From NCBI GenBank assembly GCA_027592325.1, contig JAQCKO010000006.1:1-59038 (forward strand): a stretch of DNA of 59,038 nt. The letters run 5' to 3'. A model generated the notes under the pieces. That model saw only the letters and a list, made by a program, of their open reading frames with translations. It was not told the origin of the DNA and did no database searches. This stretch comes from a bacterium (lineage in GTDB: Bacteria > Patescibacteriota > Patescibacteriia > UBA9934). Numbering within the stretch: position 1 is the stretch's first letter; each line of letters opens with the position of its first letter. The translations under genes were made by a program, and so were the position numbers. Below, piece by piece: positions 1 to 8,359 of the stretch.

Positions 1-133
1 TCCACTTTCCTTGACTCACCCTGTATTCAACAATCTCTCCTACAACCCGAATACGCTCTGCCGGAATGGTCGCAAGGGCTCCATTCACAAGGTCAACATA
101 TTCCGAAACAGTGAGTTTTTGCGCGTCTTCCAT
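1..133 (-). CDS. xseA: Exodeoxyribonuclease VII large subunit, N-terminal part (runs off window start)
   Basis: Manual translation MEDAQKLTVSEYVDLVNGALATIPAERIRVVGEIVEYRVSQGKW matches the XseA N-terminal pattern (xTVSExxxxxxxxL...V.GEI). Not in the ORF track. Confidence 0.65.
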   Translation of the reverse strand, partial: MEDAQKLTVSEYVDLVNGALATIPAERIRVVGEIVEYRVSQGKW

Positions 134-225
134 ATTGGGTAGGTTAGCATAGGTTGTAGGTGGTCGGTAGTGGGTTGTATGTGGTAGGGGCCGATAGCAT
201 ACGCCCAAAGGTTGGAGGCATGAGG

Positions 226-254
226 TTGACGAATTAACGAAAATTCGTTAATAT
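226..254 (+). promoter_or_regulatory. Sigma70-type promoter overlapped by a 20-bp palindromic operator-like site
   Basis: TTGACG(226-231)-17 nt-TAATAT(249-254); ATTAACGAA-aa-TTCGTTAAT at 233-252. Confidence 0.6.
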
Positions 255-289
255 TATGCCAAAGGAGGTGCACCATAAGTACACATAAG

Positions 290-598
290 GTGACATTTTC
301 AACCCAGATTGCAAGGTTTCGCGTTGATGATGGGTGGCTCATCATCACGCCAGTCAATCAGGAGTCTGCTCCTCTAAGCATTCGCCTGTCTCATCTGATC
401 GATCCAAGTGCTTCAGACATGGAGATCCAAGCTCTGATGAATGGAGCAATGGTCACGCTCAATGCAAGGGGTTGTCCGATCAAGATCGTCTTCGCTCACA
501 ACAGCTACATGTTCAACAGGCAAGCGATCCGTGATCCTTGTACCGAGTACCCTGATGGCCACTTCCACAAGAATTGGAAACCAGGCCCGTTCAACTGA
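290..598 (+). CDS. Hypothetical protein, stand-alone minigene (start may be ATA at 275)
   Basis: 102-aa ORF with its own promoter, SD AAGGAGGT at 262-269 and a terminator right after the stop. Confidence 0.6.
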   Translation: MTFSTQIARFRVDDGWLIITPVNQESAPLSIRLSHLIDPSASDMEIQALMNGAMVTLNARGCPIKIVFAHNSYMFNRQAIRDPCTEYPDGHFHKNWKPGPFN

Positions 599-606
599 CC
601 CCCTCG

Positions 607-647
607 CCCCGTCGCTCCCCGTATGAGCGGCGGGGAGTTCTCTTTTT
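607..647 (+). terminator. Intrinsic terminator
   Basis: CCCCGTCGCTC/GAGCGGCGGGG stem (G.U on + strand) followed by a T-rich tail. Confidence 0.7.
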
Positions 648-734
648 GGGAGCTGTAAAAGGATGGGTTTAATCTTAAAGGTGTAATTCGTCACCCCAGG
701 CTTGACCCGGGGTCCAACGTACACCGAACAAACC

Positions 735-854
735 GTTATTGCGAGGAACAAAGGACGAAGCAATCTGTGCGAATCTGATATATCCTTCGACTCGCTTTTA
801 CTCGATCAAGATGACAGAAAAATACACTTGATTACGAAATCCACAGATTGCTTC
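735..854. repeat. REP-like doublet (GTYATTGCGAGG...GAAGCAATC type)
   Basis: GTTATTGCGAGG start; perfect 13-bp inverted repeat GAAGCAATCTGTG (757-769) / CACAGATTGCTTC (842-854). Confidence 0.55.
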
Positions 855-947
855 AGATGGTGGTGACAATCGAGGACCGAAGTGATACATACTAGAACGT
901 ACGTTGAACGAGGATCGGAGATTGGAGCCGCTAGATGTGGTGAGCTG
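848..947. repeat. Palindromic MITE-like element, family copy 1
   Basis: Aligns by eye with 56355-56454 and 23140-23260 (AGAT..GGTG..CGAG.ACCGAA.TGA...TACTAGA.CGTACG.TGAA.GAGG...GCC.C.AGATG). Confidence 0.6.
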
Positions 948-957
948 AGGATTCCGA

Positions 958-2010
958 CTACAAAATCAACATTGCGTCTCCAAAGGAATAAAACCGATAT
1001 TTTTTCTCGACAGCTTCATGATACGCATTGAGAATATTCTCCCGCCCAGCAAGAGCCGAAACGAGTACAAGCAAAGTCGTCTTTGGCAAATGAAAATTGG
1101 TCATCAACCCATCAATGATTTGAAAATCAAACCCTGGTCGAATAAATAAATCCACATCGCCAATGAATCCGTCCTGAGGCAATAGCCCCCCTCTTACTGC
1201 CCCTTCAAGCGCTCTCGTTGTCGTCGTCCCGACGGCGATCACACGTCGACCATCCGCTTTTGCTGCATTAATATGCTGACTTGTTTCTGGCGTAATCTCC
1301 ACCCACTCGCTATGCATCGCATGATCGTCAAGCTCGTCAAACCAAAGCGGTTGAAAGGTTCCAATACCAACATGGAGCGTCACAAATTCTAGTTGCACGC
1401 CTTTTTCTTTGAGTGCATCGATTATTCGCTCCGTAAAATGAAGCCCTGCTGTCGGCGCCGCAACCGAACCCGTTTGCTTCGCATAAATTGTTTGATAGGC
1501 ATTCAGACTCTCAAGCGTGTTTTCGATGTACGGAGGAAGTGGGACTTCACCGATTTCATTCGCCTTTTCAATCACTTCAAGCTTTGGCATGTCAAATTGA
1601 ATCACCGCAATCCCCGCCTTCAGATTCTTCTTCATAAGTTTCGCTGTAAGAGATGATCCGAAATCGAGCACATCACCAGTATGGACCTTACGCATGCGTT
1701 TTAAGAGAACTTCCCACGTTGACGAATCGTGCGTTTCTACAATCGGCCGTATAAGAATAACTTCACGTTTCTCTTTAAAATTTCGTCCCTTAATTTGGGC
1801 AAATAATCTCGCTTTAAATACTTTCGTCTGATTCATCACGAGCACATCACCTTCGTTCAGCATCGAAACAAGATCTGGAATATGATGGTGGGCAATATCA
1901 CCCGTTGTTTTATTCAAATGCAAAAGCCGCGCAGAATCACGCGGGTCAGCCGGGGTTTGTGCAATCAATTCTTCCGGAAGATGATAATCGTAATCGCTCG
2001 CTTTATTCAT
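958..2010 (-). CDS. queA: S-adenosylmethionine:tRNA ribosyltransferase-isomerase
   Basis: DYDYHLPEELIAQ, GEVPLPPYI, GSVAAPTAGLHFT, AVGTTTTRALE, TNFHLPK, YRFYSFGDAM motifs; likely start ATG 2010. Confidence 0.97.
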   Translation of the reverse strand: MNKASDYDYHLPEELIAQTPADPRDSARLLHLNKTTGDIAHHHIPDLVSMLNEGDVLVMNQTKVFKARLFAQIKGRNFKEKREVILIRPIVETHDSSTWEVLLKRMRKVHTGDVLDFGSSLTAKLMKKNLKAGIAVIQFDMPKLEVIEKANEIGEVPLPPYIENTLESLNAYQTIYAKQTGSVAAPTAGLHFTERIIDALKEKGVQLEFVTLHVGIGTFQPLWFDELDDHAMHSEWVEITPETSQHINAAKADGRRVIAVGTTTTRALEGAVRGGLLPQDGFIGDVDLFIRPGFDFQIIDGLMTNFHLPKTTLLVLVSALAGRENILNAYHEAVEKKYRFYSFGDAMLIL

Positions 2011-2043
2011 AGACACGAAGCGTAACAAAAATTTGTCGAACAC

Positions 2044-2078
2044 AAAAGAAAACCCCCGCCCAGCAAGCCGGACGGGGT
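2044..2078 (-). terminator. Intrinsic terminator 35 nt upstream of queA
   Basis: ACCCCGUCCGG-CUUG-CUGGGCGGGGGU then UUUCUUUU on the minus strand. Confidence 0.7.
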
Positions 2079-2300
2079 AAGAGGCAGAGGCAGTATCTGC
2101 TAATTGTCGTCGTCGAGTACATCGTCATGCACTCGACGACTTCAAACCGGCTATCAAGGCACTCGCTACTGCCGCGAGTGTTACATCCTTGACAGTGCCC
2201 CCCGTTTAATGCGCTAAAGCGCTGGGGAGCTTATGCCGTCGAGCAATACGGATTATTAGGTCCGCACCACTCCCTTTTATTCAGCTTGCGAACGAACTGA
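2044..2300 (-). ncRNA. Candidate ~255-nt structured RNA / queA leader
   Basis: Promoter, five or more hairpins whose G.U pairs all fit the minus strand, then a terminator; no long ORF. Confidence 0.55.
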
Positions 2301-2306
2301 AAAAAC

Positions 2307-2335
2307 ATATTACAACAAAATGTGCATATTGTCAA
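2307..2335 (-). promoter_or_regulatory. Sigma70-type promoter
   Basis: TTGACA-17 nt-TAATAT on the minus strand. Confidence 0.7.
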
Positions 2336-2357
2336 CCCTCATCGCCAATAAAAAGAT

Positions 2358-3182
2358 CTAAGGCGCAGTAAATAGCACTCTTTTTGCCCCATTCGCTGGG
2401 TCGCCATTATTCCAGTCCCCGATAGCATTCATGAGGACATCAAAATCGTAAACAAAATCCGCACCGCGGCGCGTGCCGGGATCGTGTGTGATAAATCCTT
2501 CTTCTGAATACCCTTTCACAACAAGCATATGATAAACAGGTCCAAGCCCGCTAAAAAACGGATTTTCAAGCTTTTGACCGGCGGCAGGGATGATTACTGG
2601 ACGCCCTTCCACAATTTGCGCTTTAATTTGATCAATCGTTGGATTCTCAACAACAACACCTGTAAAGCCAAAGTATAGATCGATCAGCTCAGCTGTTTGC
2701 TCAACTGTTGTATCTTCATATTCACCAAAAAGATCAAGTTGAAAATCGACGGACTCCAGAATCTTTGCGTCAACAGCATCGGCACTCAGCACTCCTACAG
2801 CTGCACCCGCATAGTACTCCGCGACCATTAGTGCAGAGGCTTCTTCGCACGCCTCTTGATACGGCAACTCCCAGTTCGCATGTGGCGCTTGCGAGGTAAA
2901 TGGCACGGCAAGATTGAACGCTGATGGTTGTGAAGGTTTATCCTTCATGATCAATTCGTCAAGGACTTCATCATCTCCTCGCAATGACGTGTCCAATTCG
3001 ATATCCGTCTCCTCGATTCGTAGATTTATATCATTCGTAGAATCGTCACGCTCCGCAGTGATCTCGGCAAAACTCGTCTCTTCAACATCAATATCAAGCA
3101 TCTTTGGTTCCCGATCAAAACCATACCAAACTGCCCCTGCTACAAACAATATTCCCAATAGTGTCAATCCTATCTTGCGCAT
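2358..3182 (-). CDS. C39-like peptidase family protein with N-terminal membrane anchor
   Basis: LAVPFTSQAP...EACEEAS (catalytic Cys), YHMLVVKGY, ITHDPG pattern. Confidence 0.75.
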   Translation of the reverse strand: MRKIGLTLLGILFVAGAVWYGFDREPKMLDIDVEETSFAEITAERDDSTNDINLRIEETDIELDTSLRGDDEVLDELIMKDKPSQPSAFNLAVPFTSQAPHANWELPYQEACEEASALMVAEYYAGAAVGVLSADAVDAKILESVDFQLDLFGEYEDTTVEQTAELIDLYFGFTGVVVENPTIDQIKAQIVEGRPVIIPAAGQKLENPFFSGLGPVYHMLVVKGYSEEGFITHDPGTRRGADFVYDFDVLMNAIGDWNNGDPANGAKRVLFTAP

Positions 3183-3499
3183 ATACCAATTCCATCAATG
3201 ATGTTAATGCAGGCAAATCCGAATGGACACGTATCATTCGATGTGCATTCACATACCTCAACGCACACTTGAATACATGCCCCCTCTTCTTCCCCTCGGC
3301 AAGCACTGCTGCAACTATTCCACTGACCGCCTGATGATACACACATCTGCTCGCTGAGCTCAATCAGATTCACCGGCTCTGGTAGCGCGTCTGCTTCATT
3401 GTTAATAAGCTGAACGACCCCAAGTATCGCGGCAAAAAGTATCACACAAAACCCTAAAACCAGATGAAACATGCCTAATTCTCCTTCTGTTTTCCTCAT
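3170..3499 (-). CDS. Small Cys-rich exported hypothetical protein
   Basis: N-terminal TM helix; C-terminal CVSSGGQW...CSSAC...CIQVC...CPFGFAC. Confidence 0.65.
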   Translation of the reverse strand: MRKTEGELGMFHLVLGFCVILFAAILGVVQLINNEADALPEPVNLIELSEQMCVSSGGQWNSCSSACRGEEEGACIQVCVEVCECTSNDTCPFGFACINIIDGIGICAR

Positions 3500-4884
3500 A
3501 GCTTTTCAAGTGCCCAATTTCGTACTAACCAGGTTGCCCGAACATCATCTTCATTGTACTCAATGATATCTTTTCGTGCAGATTCATCTCCATTTTCTAT
3601 CCATTCGTGGTACCACAGTATCGAATCTAAGCCCGACGCATCTGGAATTCTCCACTTGAATCCAAGCTGTTTTGCGACATCTTTCAGGGAATAGAATGGC
3701 GTTGGGAAAATCACTGATTCGCGCATTGGAGGGAGCACATCAACCAATCGATTTTGAAACAAGGCCTTTACCTTTTCAGGAGCGTCATAGAGTTCGACTT
3801 TTTTACGAAAAACATCTTGCTCATACCATCCATAATGATACATGCGCACTGTATCGGGGAATGTGTCCAGATACGCCGTAAAAGCTTGCCAAGCGGTTTT
3901 TTCATCTTCCGGTTTTTCTGCAATGAATGCTTTGTATTCCTCTTCCCCGTCTTTAATAACCAAAAGCCCAAATAAATAATCCACATCACGAAGTGGGTCT
4001 GATTCAATGTCGACCACGAGTGCAAGATTGTCATCATCCGCTGGAAGTGCAACTGGTGAAAGTGTAATAATGTTGCCTTCTTTGAGCGCAATCGCCTGTT
4101 GCTGCAAAAAGAGAAGACGATCTTCTGTCATCCCCGTGACTGACCGGAGTGCATCTTTCGTTGCCCGTGAAAGCCCCTCTACAGTGTCTATGCCCGCTGC
4201 TGAAAGTGCCTTTGCCTCACTTCTCCAAATGCGATTGATGAGCGAAAGATCATCGCAGCCTTTTGCCCCTTCTGTGCATTTATGAAACCAAGGCGACTGC
4301 TTACAAGCCGAAGTCAAAAAATGCGCTTCAGCATGACCTTCAAGAATCGACTCAATTTTATCTAGCGTAAGGGCATACTCGAGCTCAAATGACTCAAGCA
4401 AATAACTGCTCATATGCCCGTCACCGTGCAACACATAACCTTGTACAGGACGAACACCTTGAAGCCGCTCTAACATATCGGCGTAAAAACTGCCCTGAAA
4501 CTTATATTCATCCTTTAGCCGTGATGAACGCTTTATGTCGCAAGCGATGTAATACCATTTTCCAAGATCAGAATCACCCTCAACACGCTCAAGTAGATCA
4601 GGCTTACCGACCCAAGTGCCATGAATAAGCGTGCCCTTATAGATTGTTTCCACCCCTTCTTTCATGAGCTCAAGGGTACGTTGCGCCGCTTCATCAAGAT
4701 CATCAAGCTCTACGCTGACATATTCTCGTCCTTCGAGTAGTACTTTTTCTTTTTCCGGCAGCAGTCCCTCATCTTGCAGTGTGCGACGAAGTGCTTCCCG
4801 ATCATCACCAAGATCCCGCTCATGCGAAAGCCATGAGGGACAGGTAAGATATTTGTAGAAGCTTTGATCGGTTACTCTATTCAG
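3496..4884 (-). CDS. TM0106-family RecB-like putative nuclease with C-terminal RNase H-like domain
   Basis: GKPDLLER...DIK (PD-D/ExK), VDIESDP, YNEDDVRAT. The frame stays open 73 codons upstream of the ORF-track start, to CTG at 4884 (NRVTDQSFYKYLTCP). Confidence 0.75.
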   Translation of the reverse strand: MNRVTDQSFYKYLTCPSWLSHERDLGDDREALRRTLQDEGLLPEKEKVLLEGREYVSVELDDLDEAAQRTLELMKEGVETIYKGTLIHGTWVGKPDLLERVEGDSDLGKWYYIACDIKRSSRLKDEYKFQGSFYADMLERLQGVRPVQGYVLHGDGHMSSYLLESFELEYALTLDKIESILEGHAEAHFLTSACKQSPWFHKCTEGAKGCDDLSLINRIWRSEAKALSAAGIDTVEGLSRATKDALRSVTGMTEDRLLFLQQQAIALKEGNIITLSPVALPADDDNLALVVDIESDPLRDVDYLFGLLVIKDGEEEYKAFIAEKPEDEKTAWQAFTAYLDTFPDTVRMYHYGWYEQDVFRKKVELYDAPEKVKALFQNRLVDVLPPMRESVIFPTPFYSLKDVAKQLGFKWRIPDASGLDSILWYHEWIENGDESARKDIIEYNEDDVRATWLVRNWALEKL

Positions 4885-5485
4885 ACGTTTTCTCTTCGAT
4901 TGTTACCTTTGTCATTTTGTCCCCAATGAGGATGCTGTCAATGACGTCTATTCCTTCCGTGACGCGGCCAAAAATACTATATGCCTTTGGAAGAGGTGTA
5001 TCGGCTAGCATGATAAAAAACTGACTTCCATTTGTGTCTGGACCTGCATTCGCCATCGCAACAATTCCGCGGTCATACGCGTATGCATCATCGAGCTCGT
5101 CTTCAAAACGATACCCCGGACCACCTGTACCCGTTCCCTGTGGATCTCCACCTTGAATAACGAAATTTTCAACGCGTCGGTGAAATGTGAGGCCATCGAA
5201 GTATCCTTCATCTGCAAGATAAACAAAATTTGAAACGGTTTTTGGCGCAGTATCTGCGTAAAGTTCAAAAACAATGGTGCCCTTTTCTGTTTCAAGCCGG
5301 ACTTGTTTATTGTCAATACGTTCAGCATCGAGTGTTCCTGGAAATGCGTATGTCATAGTTATTGGTTTCATATTCTTTACCTCATCTACGATGATATTGG
5401 AAGAGACCTCGGGTGTCTTATTGACGCATCCTGCGCCAATAACGAATAGGATACTGCAAAGACCCATTAATGGAAAATAATTCAT
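4877..5485 (-). CDS. Cyclophilin-type peptidyl-prolyl cis-trans isomerase, lipoprotein-like
   Basis: APKTVSNF, FHRRVENFVIQGGDP, AMANAGPDTNGSQFFI. Confidence 0.92.
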   Translation of the reverse strand: MNYFPLMGLCSILFVIGAGCVNKTPEVSSNIIVDEVKNMKPITMTYAFPGTLDAERIDNKQVRLETEKGTIVFELYADTAPKTVSNFVYLADEGYFDGLTFHRRVENFVIQGGDPQGTGTGGPGYRFEDELDDAYAYDRGIVAMANAGPDTNGSQFFIMLADTPLPKAYSIFGRVTEGIDVIDSILIGDKMTKVTIEEKTSE

Positions 5486-5489
5486 ATGC

Positions 5490-6209
5490 TTACAGTGTGT
5501 CAGGTAGTGAGAAATCTCTCAAGGAGAAATCCCCGATTGTACAAAGCGGCTCTGGAATTAACGAGAATCTCGCAGCTGTTTTTAACTGATAGTTCTCTTC
5601 TTTAAGCCGAATGGTATGTGAGATGGAAGAAAATTCTGCACGATCAGTAACGAAGTACTCTCCCGAGCATCCCCCTTGATATTCACTATTCGGAACAATG
5701 ACCGGATACCCTTCTGCAAGAAATAGTTCGGACCATATATCTACCCCGGCTGCATGACGAGGCATACTGGCGATAAGTGCGCTATGATCTGACGCGAATA
5801 TTGGTGCCGCTTCTGGGATTGCCGGCGCTATCATTATGGGGGAAATAAGATCAAGTGTGAGTGATGAAATATTCTCCTGAGCTAAAAACCGCCAAACCCG
5901 CAAGAATGGATCGAACTGATACAGTGCCATATCTTCCGTTGCGTTGAGTAATTCCCATTGAATTTCAATGCGCAGATCACGATCAGCATATTCCCCTTCC
6001 GGCAAAAGTGTGTACACACGAATTTCCTGTTCTGTCTTCTGCTCAATATGCAGAGGAACATCGATGCTTTGAACTCCCGATAACTCAATCACCAAGTCAT
6101 CTGAGCGCACTTCAGTATATTCTGGTTCTGGAGTAACAAGCAGAACAACCCCAAAAAAAAGAAGGACCACAGCAATAAGAAGACCGATAGACGAACGATC
6201 AATTTTCAT
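5490..6209 (-). CDS. Membrane-anchored hypothetical protein
   Basis: 239-aa ORF with N-terminal TM helix, in line with neighbouring genes. Confidence 0.7.
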   Translation of the reverse strand: MKIDRSSIGLLIAVVLLFFGVVLLVTPEPEYTEVRSDDLVIELSGVQSIDVPLHIEQKTEQEIRVYTLLPEGEYADRDLRIEIQWELLNATEDMALYQFDPFLRVWRFLAQENISSLTLDLISPIMIAPAIPEAAPIFASDHSALIASMPRHAAGVDIWSELFLAEGYPVIVPNSEYQGGCSGEYFVTDRAEFSSISHTIRLKEENYQLKTAARFSLIPEPLCTIGDFSLRDFSLPDTL

Positions 6210-6227
6210 ACTCGTATTTTAGCACGT

Positions 6228-6349
6228 AAAAACCCCTTCTTAGCCGAAGGGGCGACGAACGTCTGTAGAAAGCCCTAGATTGCACGCTCAGTGCCGGAGA
6301 AGCAACACTAGTAGACATCTGCTCGTGCAATCTAGGGCTAAATGTACGA
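6228..6349 (-). ncRNA. Candidate ~120-nt sRNA or attenuator leader
   Basis: Promoter TTGACA(6379-6384)-17-TAGGGT(6356-6361); perfect 16-bp stem 6271-6286/6324-6339; terminator CCCCUUC/GAAGGGG+U5 at 6228-6252. Confidence 0.45.
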
Positions 6350-6387
6350 AAAACAACCCTATCATCTATCACTTATTCTGTCAAATG

Positions 6388-6610
6388 AAAAACCCCTGCC
6401 TATCGTACCGATAGACAGGGGTTGATTCGCGCGGGATTTTCACCGCCGTGGGCACTATAGAGGGTGCCCGCGTTCCGCGTTCACGGAAAAAGTGGTCAGA
6501 ACTGATGCTCATATTTAGCGCCGACCATAGTGGCCGTATGTTTATCAGTTCTGACCAGAACGAACAGAGGAGCAGCTCACCGTATTGCTACTGTTCTGTC
6601 AAGTCTCTTG
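6388..6610 (-). ncRNA. Candidate ~220-nt structured RNA downstream of the MetK-like gene
   Basis: 14-bp perfect stem 6493-6506/6544-6557, GUA-GCAA-UAC tetraloop, several more hairpins, terminator at 6388-6423. Confidence 0.4.
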
Positions 6611-7567
6611 CTACTCTGCAAACAATTCCGCTACTATTCGATCTGTACGACATGTTTCTTTATCAATAAAGTTCGTCAAATCCTCTCCTTGTTCATTCCG
6701 TGCCGCAACGTAAATAGGTGCACGTTCCCCTGCATGATAGACAAGCGTGACAAATGCGGCTTTAGCCTTCTTAAGGCGCACCAATTCTTCAGAGATTGCC
6801 CGAGCTTTTTTCGCGCCAGCTCGTGCCGGATGCAAAGGATCTTTCCCCTCAGACGCGTGCGAAGATGCAGGAAGCAAATCACCGTACATGCCTCTCTCTT
6901 TGATCTGTCCTGATCTGCCTGCACGTATATCGAATCCGCCATTCAAAAACGGACCGCCCGGATTCACCGAAATGCGCACCCCCTCTAACTGTCGAATCAC
7001 CGGCTGAATGATGTCATTTGTTACGAATTCACGCAGCCTGTTGACGTCTATTTCTGCCTTATGCTGAACAAGAACTTGTACATCTGTTACCAATTTTCCT
7101 TGCATGCCTATTTGCACCGAGCCATCCGGTAAAATCCCTTGCATGCCTACTCCATGCTTCTCCGCTTCATCAAGCCGCTTCAGGATTTCATGCAAATACA
7201 CAACAGGGCGTGGAAGCATTTCTCGTGTTGCCGCCGTCGCGTAACCACGCACAATGACGGGTTCATCAGCACCAGAAACATGCAGTCTCCCTGTTTCTTC
7301 GGATTGTCCTTCAATATTGACGAAAGGCTCAATTTCACATTGATGCCCAATGCGCGCATACGCTTCTTTCACAATGTGGCTAACGTCAAAATCTGCACGA
7401 GAATCAACCGTACCACCGATCATCATCATGCCATGTGACCCAATCGCAGAAATATTCAAGCGGGATTTTGGATCACGCTCTAAATACGCTGCAACAATCG
7501 CCTCAATGACAACATCACAAATACGGTCACTTCCTCCTGCTCTTGGAAGCTGAACAAATTGCTTCAT
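6611..7567 (-). CDS. Divergent methionine adenosyltransferase (MetK)-like protein
   Basis: SDRICD, PDGSVQ, VNPGGPF.NGG, GKDP recognisable, but several catalytic motifs are altered. Confidence 0.8.
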   Translation of the reverse strand: MKQFVQLPRAGGSDRICDVVIEAIVAAYLERDPKSRLNISAIGSHGMMMIGGTVDSRADFDVSHIVKEAYARIGHQCEIEPFVNIEGQSEETGRLHVSGADEPVIVRGYATAATREMLPRPVVYLHEILKRLDEAEKHGVGMQGILPDGSVQIGMQGKLVTDVQVLVQHKAEIDVNRLREFVTNDIIQPVIRQLEGVRISVNPGGPFLNGGFDIRAGRSGQIKERGMYGDLLPASSHASEGKDPLHPARAGAKKARAISEELVRLKKAKAAFVTLVYHAGERAPIYVAARNEQGEDLTNFIDKETCRTDRIVAELFAE

Positions 7568-7584
7568 ACACAAGCGAACTTACC

Positions 7585-8358
7585 TTACAGTTCTGCAATA
7601 CGCAAATTAAATTCTTCGATTTTCTTATTCTCAGGATTCACTGACGTTAATATTTTAAGCGTTGCTTTCGCCCCCTTTTTATCTTTCAACAGAATAAGTG
7701 AGTCAATAAGAAAATCAAGATATTTGGGGTTTTTCGGCTGTAATTCGGTCGCCTTTTCGAAATATTCCTTTGCAAGTTCTTCATTTTTGAGGAGCCGTTC
7801 AACCTCACCGAGCGATGCAAGTACGCTTGCATCATCAGGAGAAAGTTTTGCCAAAAATCGGAATGTCTCTTTTGCAGAATCGTATTCTTTTTTTTGTAGA
7901 TAGAGCCTACCGAGAGATTCATATGCCTGAACATGCTTCGGATCAGCACTAATGACTTCAATAAACGCTTTTTCTGCACGGTCGTAATGCTCCGCTTGCA
8001 TCATATTTAACCCCTCTTGTAGACGTTCTTCAAGAACTGCACCATCAACCCCTGCTTGCTCGCGTCGCTTTTTTTTATGAGCGCGATCTGCAGCGACAAG
8101 CCTTCCAGCTAATCGACGAAACGCATCTTGCACCCCCTTTGCTGCTGGCGCAATTACACTTGTATGCAAAGCTTTCGCTCCTTTTCCTGATGCACGCTCA
8201 ATACGCTCACGAAGAATTTTGTTTTTAAGCTCAGATGAACGAATCGTTTCCGACGTATGCGGATTGAGCATTCTCAGCTGTGGAAGTTTTTTCGCAAATA
8301 ATCGAAGTAAAATTCCTAATGAGACGCATGCAAGGAAACAAAATAAGAACGCTACCAT
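7585..8358 (-). CDS. Tetratricopeptide repeat protein with N-terminal TM helix
   Basis: Repeated helical TPR-like units (AYESLGRLY, VLASLGEV, AKEYFEKATELQP). Confidence 0.8.
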   Translation of the reverse strand: MVAFLFCFLACVSLGILLRLFAKKLPQLRMLNPHTSETIRSSELKNKILRERIERASGKGAKALHTSVIAPAAKGVQDAFRRLAGRLVAADRAHKKKRREQAGVDGAVLEERLQEGLNMMQAEHYDRAEKAFIEVISADPKHVQAYESLGRLYLQKKEYDSAKETFRFLAKLSPDDASVLASLGEVERLLKNEELAKEYFEKATELQPKNPKYLDFLIDSLILLKDKKGAKATLKILTSVNPENKKIEEFNLRIAEL

Positions 8359-8359
8359 A

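Noticed and set aside
413-763. 116-aa minus-strand ORF
   Set aside because: It runs antisense across the supported + strand gene, its terminator and a REP.
648-957. Single large ncRNA downstream of queA
   Set aside because: Most of it is explained by a REP doublet plus a MITE-family copy; only a small hairpin at ~682-726 remains.
2044-2300. Identification as RNase P, tmRNA, SRP, T-box or preQ1-I
   Set aside because: The hallmark motifs (GAGGAAAGUCC, tRNA-like ends, CAGG..GNRA..AGCAG, UGGNACC, class I preQ1 core) are not present by eye.
6388-6610. SAM riboswitch
   Set aside because: It lies downstream of the MetK-like gene and lacks the SAM-I AUC..GAG / GCAACC core.
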